DNA of 64,000 nt from Candidatus Moraniibacteriota bacterium. GTDB taxonomy: Bacteria; Patescibacteriota; Minisyncoccia; Moranbacterales; UBA1568. Positions within the stretch are counted from its first letter, which is position 1; each line of letters begins with the position of its first letter. Under the pieces are notes generated by a model. It saw nothing but the letters and a program-made list of their open reading frames with translations. It made no database searches and was not told the DNA's origin. Below are positions 25,306 through 34,790 of this stretch, piece after piece. Location of the stretch: positions 17,059-81,058 of the forward strand of contig JAHBAT020000015.1 of assembly GCA_018499985.2 (NCBI GenBank), in the 5' to 3' direction. A program made the translations under genes and the position numbers.

Positions 25306-26097
25306 TTATTTACCTTGGTTTATTTCTCGCTCGATTTCTTCCATGTCTTTGACCCAGTCATTTAAGAGACTTGAGCTCGATGAGACAGGTTCTTTAGCAT
25401 GAAAAGAAATTTGAGAGGCAGGGGTTGGAGTAGGGGTTTCTACAGAGGCAATATCAATATCTTGTTTCCAAGTATTCATAACGCTGTGAGCCTCGGTTGC
25501 TTTTTCGTGGTCAGCCTTCCAGTCGGTGTGAGCACCTTTTTGGATAATGTTTTCGATAGCGGCCCACTGTGAATCCATACCAGCCGGGATAACGATAGCT
25601 ACCTCATCACCAGGCTCGGCCTTGAAGTAAGTGACAGATGCAAGAAGGATGCGAAAAGGCTTGCCATTAGAAACAATGTAGTAGTTGCCGTTTTCGTCTT
25701 GGGTCATGATACCAAGGGCATGACGGCGTTCGACTGGGCCAATCTGCTTGTAGAGAAAGGTGCCGGTCTGAGTAATGGTGAGCTTGAGGTGGTCACCTTC
25801 TACAAGCTTGGACTTAGAAGCGTAGTTGGCAGGGACAGGGTATTGTTTGCCGTCAGTACCAAGCATGATTTGTCCATCAAAGGTACCTTCGACGACTGTG
25901 CCATCAACTTCTTCGTGAGCTTCGAGCTTCCGTGGGCGTCCGGTTTTCTTCTTGCCCTCTAGCTGGAGGAGCATAGCCTTGGCGCCCTGGATAGTTTTTT
26001 CGGCACTCAAAACCATTTCACGCAGAGCCTGAATTTTTTGCATTTGCTGATCTGGATCAAGATGAGACTCATTTGTCTCGGGGATTGTTTTTGACAT
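25306..26097 (-). CDS. Hypothetical protein (N-terminal coiled coil plus beta-rich C-terminal domain)
   Basis: ORF with no recognised motif. I prefer the ATG at 26097 (MSKTIPETNES...) over the longer ORF that opens at 26163. Confidence 0.6.
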   Translation of the reverse strand: MSKTIPETNESHLDPDQQMQKIQALREMVLSAEKTIQGAKAMLLQLEGKKKTGRPRKLEAHEEVDGTVVEGTFDGQIMLGTDGKQYPVPANYASKSKLVEGDHLKLTITQTGTFLYKQIGPVERRHALGIMTQDENGNYYIVSNGKPFRILLASVTYFKAEPGDEVAIVIPAGMDSQWAAIENIIQKGAHTDWKADHEKATEAHSVMNTWKQDIDIASVETPTPTPASQISFHAKEPVSSSSSLLNDWVKDMEEIEREINQGK

Positions 26098-26319
26098 AGA
26101 AAATATTTTTTTTGTTTTTGATTTTTGTAACTTTATTATAGTGGGTATTACTACTAACGACAAGTGGTGGAGAGAAGTTTTTTAGAGAAAGCTTGTCTCG
26201 AAGAAAGAAGGATGTGAATGAAAGATTTTTACCACAATGTTAAAGAGGGGAAATTTTTGGAAAATTCTCAGGAAAGAAGGGTGCTTGGATTTGAGAAATG
26301 GTGGGTCAGGGGTCAGCCC

Positions 26320-26349
26320 TTGACAAAAACATAGTTCATGCGGTAATAT
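26320..26349 (+). promoter_or_regulatory. Candidate sigma70 promoter for the 26397 gene
   Basis: TTGACA (26320-26325), 18-nt spacer, TAATAT (26344-26349). Confidence 0.45.
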
Positions 26350-26396
26350 AAGTCATTATCAAATGTGCCCTATTATCAAATTTTTGTTTACGCATT

Positions 26397-27467
26397 ATGA
26401 CTGACCAGAAAAAGAATCGAGAATCGGCTTCTGAGGACCTTGTGACCCTCTATTCAGAAACGATTGAGAAGTTTTTGGAACGCTTGCCTGAGCGCTCACG
26501 CGCTATTGTTAAAGCTCGTTTTGGTATGGATGGTGGTAAAGCAAAGACCCTTGAAGAAATTGGAAGTTTCTACAGCATCACTCGGGAACGTGTGCGTCAG
26601 GTGATTTGTAGCGCCCTCGAGCAGCTCAAAAAAGCCCTTCTTCATGAGGAGCAGTTTGCTCTTATTCCGAAGTCAGTAGAGCAGGCTCTTTCCAAGAAGC
26701 ATGGCATCATGGTACTTGATGAATTGGTCAAGGCTTTGTCAAAGGGGAATAAGAAAGAAAAGGGAGCTATCCTTGCTTTCCTCGAAGCTTTGCCAAATGT
26801 ACTTTCAGAGAAGCTTTCGGATGATCATGAGAAGGTGTACTTCCTCAAAGACTTCTCACTTGATACTTGGCAGGAGATGAAAGATGGAGCCAAGCATATT
26901 TTGACTGAGATGAAAGAAACTCTTTCTGGCGAAGAACTTTACAAAGAATTTACCAAGAAGCATGGTAAGAAATTTAGCTACGAGCATTTTATCAATTTCA
27001 TGACTGTTTCTAAGGATATTAAACAAAATGTTTTTGGACGCTGGGGCTTGGCTACTTGGAGTGATATTAAGCCACGCGGGACAAGAGAGAAGGCTTACTT
27101 GGTATTGAAGACAGGCGGTAAGCCACTTCACTTCCGTGATATTGCTAAGCTTATCGATGAGCACGGACTTCATCAGAAGAAGCGCCAGAGTCACCCACAG
27201 ACAGTGCACAATGAATTGATTAAGGACAAGCGCTTTGTTTTGGTAGGACGTGGTATCTATGCGCTCTCTGAATGGGGATACAAAAAGGGGACTGTCAAAG
27301 AAGTTATTACGGAAATACTCAAAGAAGCCAAAGAGCCTTTGACACGTGAAGAAATCCTCGAGAGAGTACTCTCTATCCGTCAGGTCAAAAAGTCTACTAT
27401 TATTATCAATCTCAACACTTTTTTTGAGCGCGTAGCCAAAAACACCTACTCACTCAAGAAAAAATAA
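26397..27467 (+). CDS. Sigma-70 region-4-like HTH protein with a C-terminal HARE-HTH-like domain
   Basis: RFGMDGGKAKTLEEIGSFYSITRERVRQVICSALEQLKK resembles sigma region 4.2. The C-terminus (KPLHFRDIAKLIDEHGL...HPQTVHNELIKDKRFVLVGRGIYALSEWGY) resembles the HARE-HTH of the RNAP delta subunit. Confidence 0.65.
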   Translation: MTDQKKNRESASEDLVTLYSETIEKFLERLPERSRAIVKARFGMDGGKAKTLEEIGSFYSITRERVRQVICSALEQLKKALLHEEQFALIPKSVEQALSKKHGIMVLDELVKALSKGNKKEKGAILAFLEALPNVLSEKLSDDHEKVYFLKDFSLDTWQEMKDGAKHILTEMKETLSGEELYKEFTKKHGKKFSYEHFINFMTVSKDIKQNVFGRWGLATWSDIKPRGTREKAYLVLKTGGKPLHFRDIAKLIDEHGLHQKKRQSHPQTVHNELIKDKRFVLVGRGIYALSEWGYKKGTVKEVITEILKEAKEPLTREEILERVLSIRQVKKSTIIINLNTFFERVAKNTYSLKKK

Positions 27468-27607
27468 ACGCGCTCTTGGGACACCTTAGCAAACCACGAT
27501 AAGTGGTGTATTCTATAGAGGTGATAACAAAAAACCGTTTCGTGATTTTTATTGGAACCTTTTCAAGAAGATTCGGTACATAAACGAGGTCAACGTACCT
27601 CAATGCC

Positions 27608-28894
27608 ATGAATATTCTCATCGACGCTCTAGCCAACTTTGCCACTTCACTTGCAGCTGCTGCGAGTATTTTTTACTATGTTTGGTTTATTGTTTTACCA
27701 CCGTTTCTCTACTATATCTTTATGCTTCTCTGGATGCCGCATGTCTGGCATAAGTTTGGAGATAAACAGTCGAGCATTCTCCTTGAGATCATCCCGCCAC
27801 GTGATATAGAAGCGAGTCCGCTTCCTATGGAGTATATCTTTGCTGGTATTGCTGGTATCAAGAGTAGCCCAATGGTCACAGAAGAGTATATTGATGGTGA
27901 CTACGGAGAAGGCTTTTCGCTAGAAATTGCTAGTATCGAGGGTCAGGTCCATATGTATATTCGTTGTCGCAAAAAGACACGTAATGTCGTAGAAGCACAT
28001 TTTTATGGACAGTATCCAAACGTAGAGCTTGTAGAGGTGCCAGACTACACAGAGCTTGTACCACGTACAGCACCAAACAAAGACTGGAATGTCTGGGGTA
28101 CAGATTTTGAATTGGTCAAAGATGATCTTTATCCTATTCGCACATACCGTCATTTTGAAGAATCAGTGACTGGTAAGATGCTTGACCCTCTCGCGGGTAT
28201 TATAGAAATCATGAGCAAGGGTGGTCCTGGTCAGCATATGTGGTTTCAGATTCTCGTGAGCTTCGAAGATGAAAGTTGGTATTCGACAGGGCGGGCTACA
28301 GTAGATGATTTTATCGGTAAGAAGGCGCCACATAAGCAGGGTGCTTTAGAGAAGTTTTTCTCTGATATCAAAGATATTTTCTTGAATATCTTGCCAGCCA
28401 TTTTGGGAGGGGAGCTTCATCATAGCGGTAGTCATGCAGAAGAAAAGAAAGAGTTTGATGAACAAAAAATTACTCATGGTCAGAAAGAGATTATCAAGGC
28501 TCTCGAAGAAAATCTTGGTAAGATGATGTTTCGTACCAAGATGCGCTATGTCTACGTGGGGCGACGCGAAGGCTATGATAAGGCCACGTGTATTTCTGGC
28601 TTCATCGGAGGTATCAAGCAGTTCAATGATCAAAACCTCAACAGCTTCAAACCCAACAATGATACCAAGACAAAAGCAGAGTTTATCTTTGCCGAGTCAC
28701 GTTTGCGCTATATGCAACGACGCATCTTCCGTCGCTATATCGATCGAGATCCACAGCCGTACGATGTGCGCTTTCTCTTGAGTAGTGAAGAATTGGCAAC
28801 TATTTTTCATATCCCAGACATGTCAGTGACTGCTCCAGCCTTGAGTCGTGTCGTAGCGAAGCGTGGTGGAGCTCCAACTAATTTACCTATTTAA
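27608..28894 (+). CDS. Membrane-anchored protein of unknown function, partner of the downstream TraD/VirD4-like ATPase
   Basis: 428 aa with two N-terminal TM segments (LAAAASIFYYVWFIVLPPFLYYIFMLLWM) and a large soluble domain. It ends 9 nt before the ATPase gene. Confidence 0.7.
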   Translation: MNILIDALANFATSLAAAASIFYYVWFIVLPPFLYYIFMLLWMPHVWHKFGDKQSSILLEIIPPRDIEASPLPMEYIFAGIAGIKSSPMVTEEYIDGDYGEGFSLEIASIEGQVHMYIRCRKKTRNVVEAHFYGQYPNVELVEVPDYTELVPRTAPNKDWNVWGTDFELVKDDLYPIRTYRHFEESVTGKMLDPLAGIIEIMSKGGPGQHMWFQILVSFEDESWYSTGRATVDDFIGKKAPHKQGALEKFFSDIKDIFLNILPAILGGELHHSGSHAEEKKEFDEQKITHGQKEIIKALEENLGKMMFRTKMRYVYVGRREGYDKATCISGFIGGIKQFNDQNLNSFKPNNDTKTKAEFIFAESRLRYMQRRIFRRYIDRDPQPYDVRFLLSSEELATIFHIPDMSVTAPALSRVVAKRGGAPTNLPI

Positions 28895-28903
28895 AGTTCT
28901 CTC

Positions 28904-30913
28904 ATGGCACACATACCAGAAAATGAAATTACTTTTTTTGCCAAGACAAACTTCCGTAATCAGGATGTGGCTTTTGGTATCAAGACCGATGACCGTCGTC
29001 GTCATATGTATGTGATTGGTAAGACTGGTATGGGCAAGACCAATCTTTTGGAAAACCTGGCTATTCAAGATATCCAAAAAGGTCACGGTATCGCTTTCAT
29101 CGATCCTCATGGTGATACCGCTGAAAAGCTGATTAAGGCTATTCCAAGTAACCGTATCAATGACGTCATCTATTTCAATCCAGCTGATCAGGCTTACCCA
29201 ATTGCTTTCAATGTGATGGAATCTGTAGATCCAGAATTTCGTCACTTGGTGGCTTCTGGTTTGGTAGGTGTTTTCAAAAAAATCTGGGCGGACTCATGGG
29301 GACCGCGCTTGGAGTACATCTTGCGCAATGCTATCTTGGGACTCCTTGAGTCACCGGGGACCACTCTTCTGGGAGTGACGCGTATCTTGGTAGATAAGTC
29401 GTATCGTGAGCGTATTGTCGAAAAAATTACCGACCCGGTGGTCAAAAGTTTCTGGGTGGATGAGTTTACTCAATGGAATGAACGTACGTTGGCTGAGGTG
29501 ATTTCGCCGATTCAAAACAAGGTAGGGCAGTTTCTCTCAAATTCATTGGTGCGAAACATTGTCGGTCAGCCAAACTCTACCTTCGATGTGCGTAAGGCTA
29601 TGGATGAACGGAAAATTCTCATCATGAACTTGTCTAAGGGTCGCCTGGGAGAAGATAACAGCGCCCTCTTAGGAGCGATGATGATTACTAAGATTCAGCT
29701 TGCAGCGATGGGTCGTGTAGATATTCCAGAAGATACTCGTGCAGACTTCTACCTCTATGTAGATGAGTTTCAAAACTTTGCGACAGAATCTTTTGCCAAT
29801 ATTTTGTCTGAAGCTCGTAAGTATCACTTGAACCTAATTCTTGCTAATCAGTACGTCACTCAGATTGATGAAAAAGTACGTGATGCTATATTTGGTAACG
29901 CTGGTAGTATCGTGTCTTTTCGTGTAGGTGCGACGGATGCAGAATTTCTTGAGAAGGAATTTGAGCCAGTGTTTGTAGCCAATGATATTGTCAATCTGCC
30001 AAAGTTTCAGATTTATCTCAAGCTCATGATTGACGGTATAGCGGGAGATGCTTTTAGTGCGACGACTTTGCCACCGATTGCCCTCACCGATGCTGGGAAC
30101 GAAGAAAAAATTATCACCATGTCTCGAGAGCGCTATGCCGGAACAAAGGCTGAGGTGGAAGACAAGATTCGTCGTTGGAGCGGACTCCTGACAGAAGAAG
30201 AAAAGCAGGCTTTATACAAAAATATTGCCGAAAAAGGACCGGTGAAGAGTGAGCGCTTAGCAGAGAATGCACCCGCACCTGTCAAAAAGGCAGCTCCTAA
30301 ACCCGCACCAAAACCTGCACCTAAGCCAGTAACGAAGAAGGTAGAACCAGTAGTGGCACCAAAACCGCTAGAAGAATTAGTAGTCGAAAAAGTGGTAGAA
30401 AAACCTGTAGCTTCACCAGCGCCGGTAGTAGATTCTCAGTCAGGTGTGTCCGAGGAGCGTATGGAAATACGTAGAGAAACACCTCAGGTAGAGGTTTTGC
30501 AAACAGAAGAAGCACCTCTACAGACTGAAGAGAAAGTAATGTACGATACCAATTGTGCTACTTGTGACATCGACATCCAAGTTCCTTTTAAGCCAGATGG
30601 CAATCGTCCAACGTTTTGTAAGGATTGTCTGCGTGACTATCAGCGAGCGACCGCCAAGGCACGGCTCGAGATTGAACGTAAGAATAATCCGCAACCAGAG
30701 GCAAAGCCAAAGCCAGTAGGTGGCAATAGCAAGTCGTATCCACAAAAAGGAGAGCGTCATATCTATGCTCCAAAAGATAAACCGATGGCCTTATCTCAGA
30801 CTCGTACAGTCGCGCCTAAGAAGTTTAAAGGGGGTCTTCGTCAAAAGCCCCAAGTTAATCTTGAAGAGCTTCGCTCACTGATCGATGCTACACGGGAATC
30901 CACAGAGGTATAA
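28904..30913 (+). CDS. TraD/VirD4 (type IV coupling protein)-like P-loop ATPase, soluble, with a C-terminal PAPK-repeat linker and CxxC...CxxC zinc ribbon
   Basis: Walker A VIGKTGMGKTN, Walker B-like FYLYVDEFQNF, then ARKYHLNLILANQY. The C-terminus carries AAPKPAPKPAPKPV repeats and CATCDIDIQVPFKPDGNRPTFCKDC. Confidence 0.75.
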   Translation: MAHIPENEITFFAKTNFRNQDVAFGIKTDDRRRHMYVIGKTGMGKTNLLENLAIQDIQKGHGIAFIDPHGDTAEKLIKAIPSNRINDVIYFNPADQAYPIAFNVMESVDPEFRHLVASGLVGVFKKIWADSWGPRLEYILRNAILGLLESPGTTLLGVTRILVDKSYRERIVEKITDPVVKSFWVDEFTQWNERTLAEVISPIQNKVGQFLSNSLVRNIVGQPNSTFDVRKAMDERKILIMNLSKGRLGEDNSALLGAMMITKIQLAAMGRVDIPEDTRADFYLYVDEFQNFATESFANILSEARKYHLNLILANQYVTQIDEKVRDAIFGNAGSIVSFRVGATDAEFLEKEFEPVFVANDIVNLPKFQIYLKLMIDGIAGDAFSATTLPPIALTDAGNEEKIITMSRERYAGTKAEVEDKIRRWSGLLTEEEKQALYKNIAEKGPVKSERLAENAPAPVKKAAPKPAPKPAPKPVTKKVEPVVAPKPLEELVVEKVVEKPVASPAPVVDSQSGVSEERMEIRRETPQVEVLQTEEAPLQTEEKVMYDTNCATCDIDIQVPFKPDGNRPTFCKDCLRDYQRATAKARLEIERKNNPQPEAKPKPVGGNSKSYPQKGERHIYAPKDKPMALSQTRTVAPKKFKGGLRQKPQVNLEELRSLIDATRESTEV

Positions 30914-30962
30914 AAGGGTGGAATCTTTCAAAAAAGCATGATATTTGCTATAATTTCTTCAT

Positions 30963-31073
30963 ATGAGCTTTAGAAAAATGCACAAAAAAGCCTACGCTTT
31001 CTGGGTTGTCTCATCAGCCTTGGTGGTTTTTTCTATGATTTTGTTTTTGCTCGCTCCGTTCTTTTTGTATTAA
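30963..31073 (+). CDS. Possible 36-aa membrane micro-protein
   Basis: ATG at 30963, MSFRKMHKKAYAFWVVSSALVVFSMILFLLAPFFLY, TAA at 31071-31073. One TM helix. Too short to appear in the ORF track. Confidence 0.3.
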   Translation: MSFRKMHKKAYAFWVVSSALVVFSMILFLLAPFFLY

Positions 31074-31079
31074 AAGAGT

Positions 31080-31472
31080 ATGCAGTCTCAAAAATGGATG
31101 ATGCGAATATTTCTCTTGTTCGCTCTCGGAGTGACTGCATGGGCTGGATTTGTATCATGGGGTCAACTCGAACGTCACAAACGTATCACTGATGAGGTCA
31201 ATGCTCTCGAGAAACAAGCCAAAGACATCGCCTTGGAAAATCAGACCCTTGAAGAGCGTATCAGTTATTTCTCTACTCGAGAATTTCGCGAGCAAGAGGC
31301 GCGCCAAAAACTTGGATTGAAAAAACCAGAAGAGACAGTAGTGGCGATTAAAGAAGATGGAGAGGAAGAGAATCCCAAAAGCGATAATCAGTCAAACAAT
31401 CAGTTGATCGAGACCAAAGAAGAACAACCGAACTTTCAAAAATGGTGGGCATTATTTTTTTCAAAAAATTAA
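31080..31472 (+). CDS. Septum formation initiator (FtsB/DivIC family)
   Basis: 130 aa: N-terminal TM, then a coiled coil (ITDEVNALEKQAKDIALENQTLEERISYFST.EF.EQEARQKLGL). Confidence 0.8.
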   Translation: MQSQKWMMRIFLLFALGVTAWAGFVSWGQLERHKRITDEVNALEKQAKDIALENQTLEERISYFSTREFREQEARQKLGLKKPEETVVAIKEDGEEENPKSDNQSNNQLIETKEEQPNFQKWWALFFSKN

Positions 31473-31480
31473 AATAATTT

Positions 31481-32578
31481 ATGAAGCTTACAGAACGAAT
31501 TAAACAACTGGTACAGAAAGAAGGTCATTCAGAAGAAGCGCACCCTTGGATATGGGCGCGTTTGTTTGTTTCAGGGGCAGTTATTGTCATAGTGCTTCTT
31601 CTTTGCATTAGTCTTATTTGGGTGTATGCCGTACCAAAGCTTTTTGGAGAAAGGGGTGCTGCTATACGTCAGCACTTGCCGTATCCTTTGGTTTACATTG
31701 CACCAGGAAGAATGATTACGTATGGTGATTTCAATGAAAACACTCGAGCAGTAAAACAGTTTTACCAAAACCAAGATTTTTCAGGTATTGGTTTGCGTGT
31801 AGATTTTACTACAGAAGAGGGCAAGAAGCGTCTCATGGTACGCCAAAAAGAAGCCTTGAACAAGATGATAGAAGATCAGGCCCTGATGAAGATTGCAGAA
31901 GAAAATGGTATTACCGTTACCAAGGAGGCTGCTCATGATGGTGTCAGACGTAGTCTTGATGAGTATGGTACAAGCGATCAGGTACAAAACGATCTCAAGC
32001 GTCTGTACGGATGGGAACTGGCTACTTTTGAGGAAAAAATAGTTACCCCTCAGTTGTATGAAGACAAGCTGCAGGCATTATTTGATGAGCAGGAGAAGCC
32101 AAATGAAAAAGCTTTGAATCAAATAAATAAAGCCAAAGAAGCTCTTGAAAAAGGTGACAAGTTTGATGATGTAGCCAAAGAGTATTCAGAGGGAAATACC
32201 AAAAATGAAGGAGGCTCTCTCGGATGGTTTCAGGTAGATGATCTCGCACCTGAACTTCAGACTGCTATTCCGAGTCAGGCGATAGGAGCACCAAGCGCTG
32301 TAGTAGAGAGTGATCTTGGATACCATATCGTGATGGTAGAAGAGATAAAAAAAGAAGACGGTAAAGATCTGTATCGTCTGAAGCAAATTTTTACCAAGAA
32401 GAAACTGTTTGTTGATTGGTTGGCAGAAAAGATGAAGGCTATGCATGTGTACGTGCTTTCACCTGAGTATCGTTGGAATCAGGATGAGGCACGTGTAGAG
32501 TTTAAGAGTGAATCTCTGCGTATATATGAAGAGGAGCTCTACAAGAACGCAGAGGGTGATGCACTTTTCCTTTTTTAA
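31481..32578 (+). CDS. PpiC/parvulin-type peptidyl-prolyl isomerase (PrsA/SurA-like), membrane anchored
   Basis: N-terminal TM and a chaperone-like helical region, then the parvulin motif GGSLGWFQVDDLAPELQTAI...ESDLGYHIVMV. Confidence 0.85.
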   Translation: MKLTERIKQLVQKEGHSEEAHPWIWARLFVSGAVIVIVLLLCISLIWVYAVPKLFGERGAAIRQHLPYPLVYIAPGRMITYGDFNENTRAVKQFYQNQDFSGIGLRVDFTTEEGKKRLMVRQKEALNKMIEDQALMKIAEENGITVTKEAAHDGVRRSLDEYGTSDQVQNDLKRLYGWELATFEEKIVTPQLYEDKLQALFDEQEKPNEKALNQINKAKEALEKGDKFDDVAKEYSEGNTKNEGGSLGWFQVDDLAPELQTAIPSQAIGAPSAVVESDLGYHIVMVEEIKKEDGKDLYRLKQIFTKKKLFVDWLAEKMKAMHVYVLSPEYRWNQDEARVEFKSESLRIYEEELYKNAEGDALFLF

Positions 32579-32600
32579 GTCGTTATAAGATTCCTCTCGT

Positions 32601-33896
32601 ATGCTAGAAAATACAAATAATGAAAATTCAGTCACTGAAGAAAAGAATGAAGCGGTAGTCAGAAAAGAATCCTCACAAAAATCTTGCAGTTGTCACAAAA
32701 AGGCAGGGAGAGGAGTATTTTTTCAGATCCTCTTAGCTGGTTTGGTAGGTGGGGGTCTAATGTTTGGTTTGGTGTCTCATTTTTCAGCTCCAGGCGCTGA
32801 AGAAACCCCAGCAAAAAATACAGGAGAGGTAGTATCAGTAGACGGTACACCCGTGGTAGAAGATGATACCCTGATACGTCTGGTAGAAAAGCGGAGTCCA
32901 GGGGTAGTGAGTATTGTTATTTCCAAAGAGATTACACAGACGCCTACCTTCGGTGGCATCCCTTTTTTCTTTCCGTTTAATAATGTCACTCCAAAACAGG
33001 ATCAGACAGAGAGTCAGCCACTTACTGAAAAAAAGAAAGTTGGAAGCGGTTCGGGATTTTTTGTTTCAGCTGATGGTCTTGTGGTTACCAATAAACACGT
33101 AGTGTCAGATGAAGCTGCTACATATACGGTAGTTATGAATGGGGGTAAAGAATTTGAGGCTAAGGTTTTGGGCAAAGATCCAAACAATGATATAGCAGTG
33201 CTCAAAGTAGAAGGTGTGGATTTTCCAGTCTTGCCTCTTGGAGATTCAGATGCTATCAAGGTGGGGCAAATTGCTATTGCTATCGGCAATCCTTTGGGTG
33301 AATTTGCTAATTCTGTCAGTCGAGGTATTGTCTCTGGTGTGCAACGTGATGTGACTGCTGGTGCTGGCTTTGGTCAGGAAGAGCGCCTAACAAATATTAT
33401 TCAGACTGATGCAGCTATCAATCCTGGTAATTCTGGCGGACCACTTTTTAATATCAATGGTCAGGTCATCGGAGTAAACGTAGCTGTTGCACAAGGGGCT
33501 GAAAATATTGGTTTTGCTTTACCGATCAATGATGTCAAGCGCATTGTAGAACAGGTAAAAACTACCGGACGCATTGCTACGCCGTATATCGGAGTCCGGC
33601 ACATTCTCTTGAATGAGCAAACAGCAAAACAATTAGACTTGCCATATAGCTATGGAGCGCTTATTCTTCGAGGTCAAAATATCACTGATTTCGCTGTTAT
33701 CCCAGGTTCTCCAGGAGACAAGGCTGGCTTGGTAGAAAATGATATTATTCTTGAAATCAATGGTAAAAAAATAGATGACAAGAGTACGCTCTCAAAGATA
33801 ATTTCAGAGTATAACGTAGGAGATGAACTTACTCTTCTTGTCTGGCATAAGGGCGATACCAAAGAAATGAAGATTGTCCTTGAAGAAAAGAAATAA
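32601..33896 (+). CDS. htrA: HtrA/DegP-family serine protease with PDZ domain
   Basis: Triad contexts TNKHVV, NDIAVLKV and GNSGGPLF. C-terminal PDZ (GSPGDKAGLVENDIILEINGKKI). Confidence 0.92.
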   Translation: MLENTNNENSVTEEKNEAVVRKESSQKSCSCHKKAGRGVFFQILLAGLVGGGLMFGLVSHFSAPGAEETPAKNTGEVVSVDGTPVVEDDTLIRLVEKRSPGVVSIVISKEITQTPTFGGIPFFFPFNNVTPKQDQTESQPLTEKKKVGSGSGFFVSADGLVVTNKHVVSDEAATYTVVMNGGKEFEAKVLGKDPNNDIAVLKVEGVDFPVLPLGDSDAIKVGQIAIAIGNPLGEFANSVSRGIVSGVQRDVTAGAGFGQEERLTNIIQTDAAINPGNSGGPLFNINGQVIGVNVAVAQGAENIGFALPINDVKRIVEQVKTTGRIATPYIGVRHILLNEQTAKQLDLPYSYGALILRGQNITDFAVIPGSPGDKAGLVENDIILEINGKKIDDKSTLSKIISEYNVGDELTLLVWHKGDTKEMKIVLEEKK

Positions 33897-33937
33897 AGAA
33901 AATGTTAGGCCGCTCCCATGAAAATACTGTATAGAAT

Positions 33938-34699
33938 ATGATTTTCCACTTTGTCGTTTTTTTATGGTCAATTATCTTCTATCTTGCCTTGCAGATAATC
34001 TTGCATTTTTCAGGTGAAGTAACTCTTGGCTGGTACATGTGGAGCATCCTTCTTCTTTCGGTTGTGACGTTTCTTGCCATGAAGAGACTGACAGGGCGAC
34101 TGAAAGATTTTTTTCTGCCACTCTTACTGGCAGTTACTACACCGACACTCCTTTCGTTTATAGACAGTAAGGTAGAGCAGCAGATATTTGTGGTGCTTGT
34201 AAGTCTCATGGTGTACAGCGCTTTCATCGGTGCTTATCGCCTCAGGCAAGCGCCTAAAGATCAAACCGCAGTGGCGCTTATGCACACAGCCGCTCTTTCG
34301 GGTCTGTTTCTTTTTTATGCCAGTATTTATGGCTTTTACCTAAATTTTACTTTTCCACTTTGGGCCTTGATGGTTTTGTTTTTTGGAGGAACATCACTTG
34401 TAAGCTATGTTACGCTCATTGCTGGTGGATCCCACGCTGAAAGGAGATCACGAATTAAGCTTTATAGCGTACTTTTGGGCCTGACTCTTTCAGAGCTTGC
34501 GTGGGTGATTAGTTTTTGGCCATTTGGATACCTGACTACTGCCTCTATTTCTCTTATTTTTTACTATGTTGCTTGGGATATTATCTGGCATGCTCTTGAT
34601 GACGATCTGAGACTCAAGGATACACTGGTAAGAATGTCTTTCTTTCTCTCTTTGATAGGCGTGCTTTTATACAGTACCCCTTGGCGGATAGTAGTGTAG
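33938..34699 (+). CDS. Polytopic membrane protein, function unknown
   Basis: 253 aa with about 7 hydrophobic segments and no recognised motif. Confidence 0.6.
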   Translation: MIFHFVVFLWSIIFYLALQIILHFSGEVTLGWYMWSILLLSVVTFLAMKRLTGRLKDFFLPLLLAVTTPTLLSFIDSKVEQQIFVVLVSLMVYSAFIGAYRLRQAPKDQTAVALMHTAALSGLFLFYASIYGFYLNFTFPLWALMVLFFGGTSLVSYVTLIAGGSHAERRSRIKLYSVLLGLTLSELAWVISFWPFGYLTTASISLIFYYVAWDIIWHALDDDLRLKDTLVRMSFFLSLIGVLLYSTPWRIVV

Positions 34700-34790
34700 G
34701 GTTCGACCTATCAGGAAGGTTACTTCCGGTAAGGTCTTGCCAAAAAAAGAAATATGTGTTAAAAGTAAGTATTATTCTATCTAGTAATAT

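Noticed and set aside
34700-34735. The word gggttcgacc, which looks like a tRNA T-loop.
   Set aside because: No acceptor, D or anticodon arms can be built around it. It is part of a simple hairpin (gacct...aggtc) after the membrane-protein gene.
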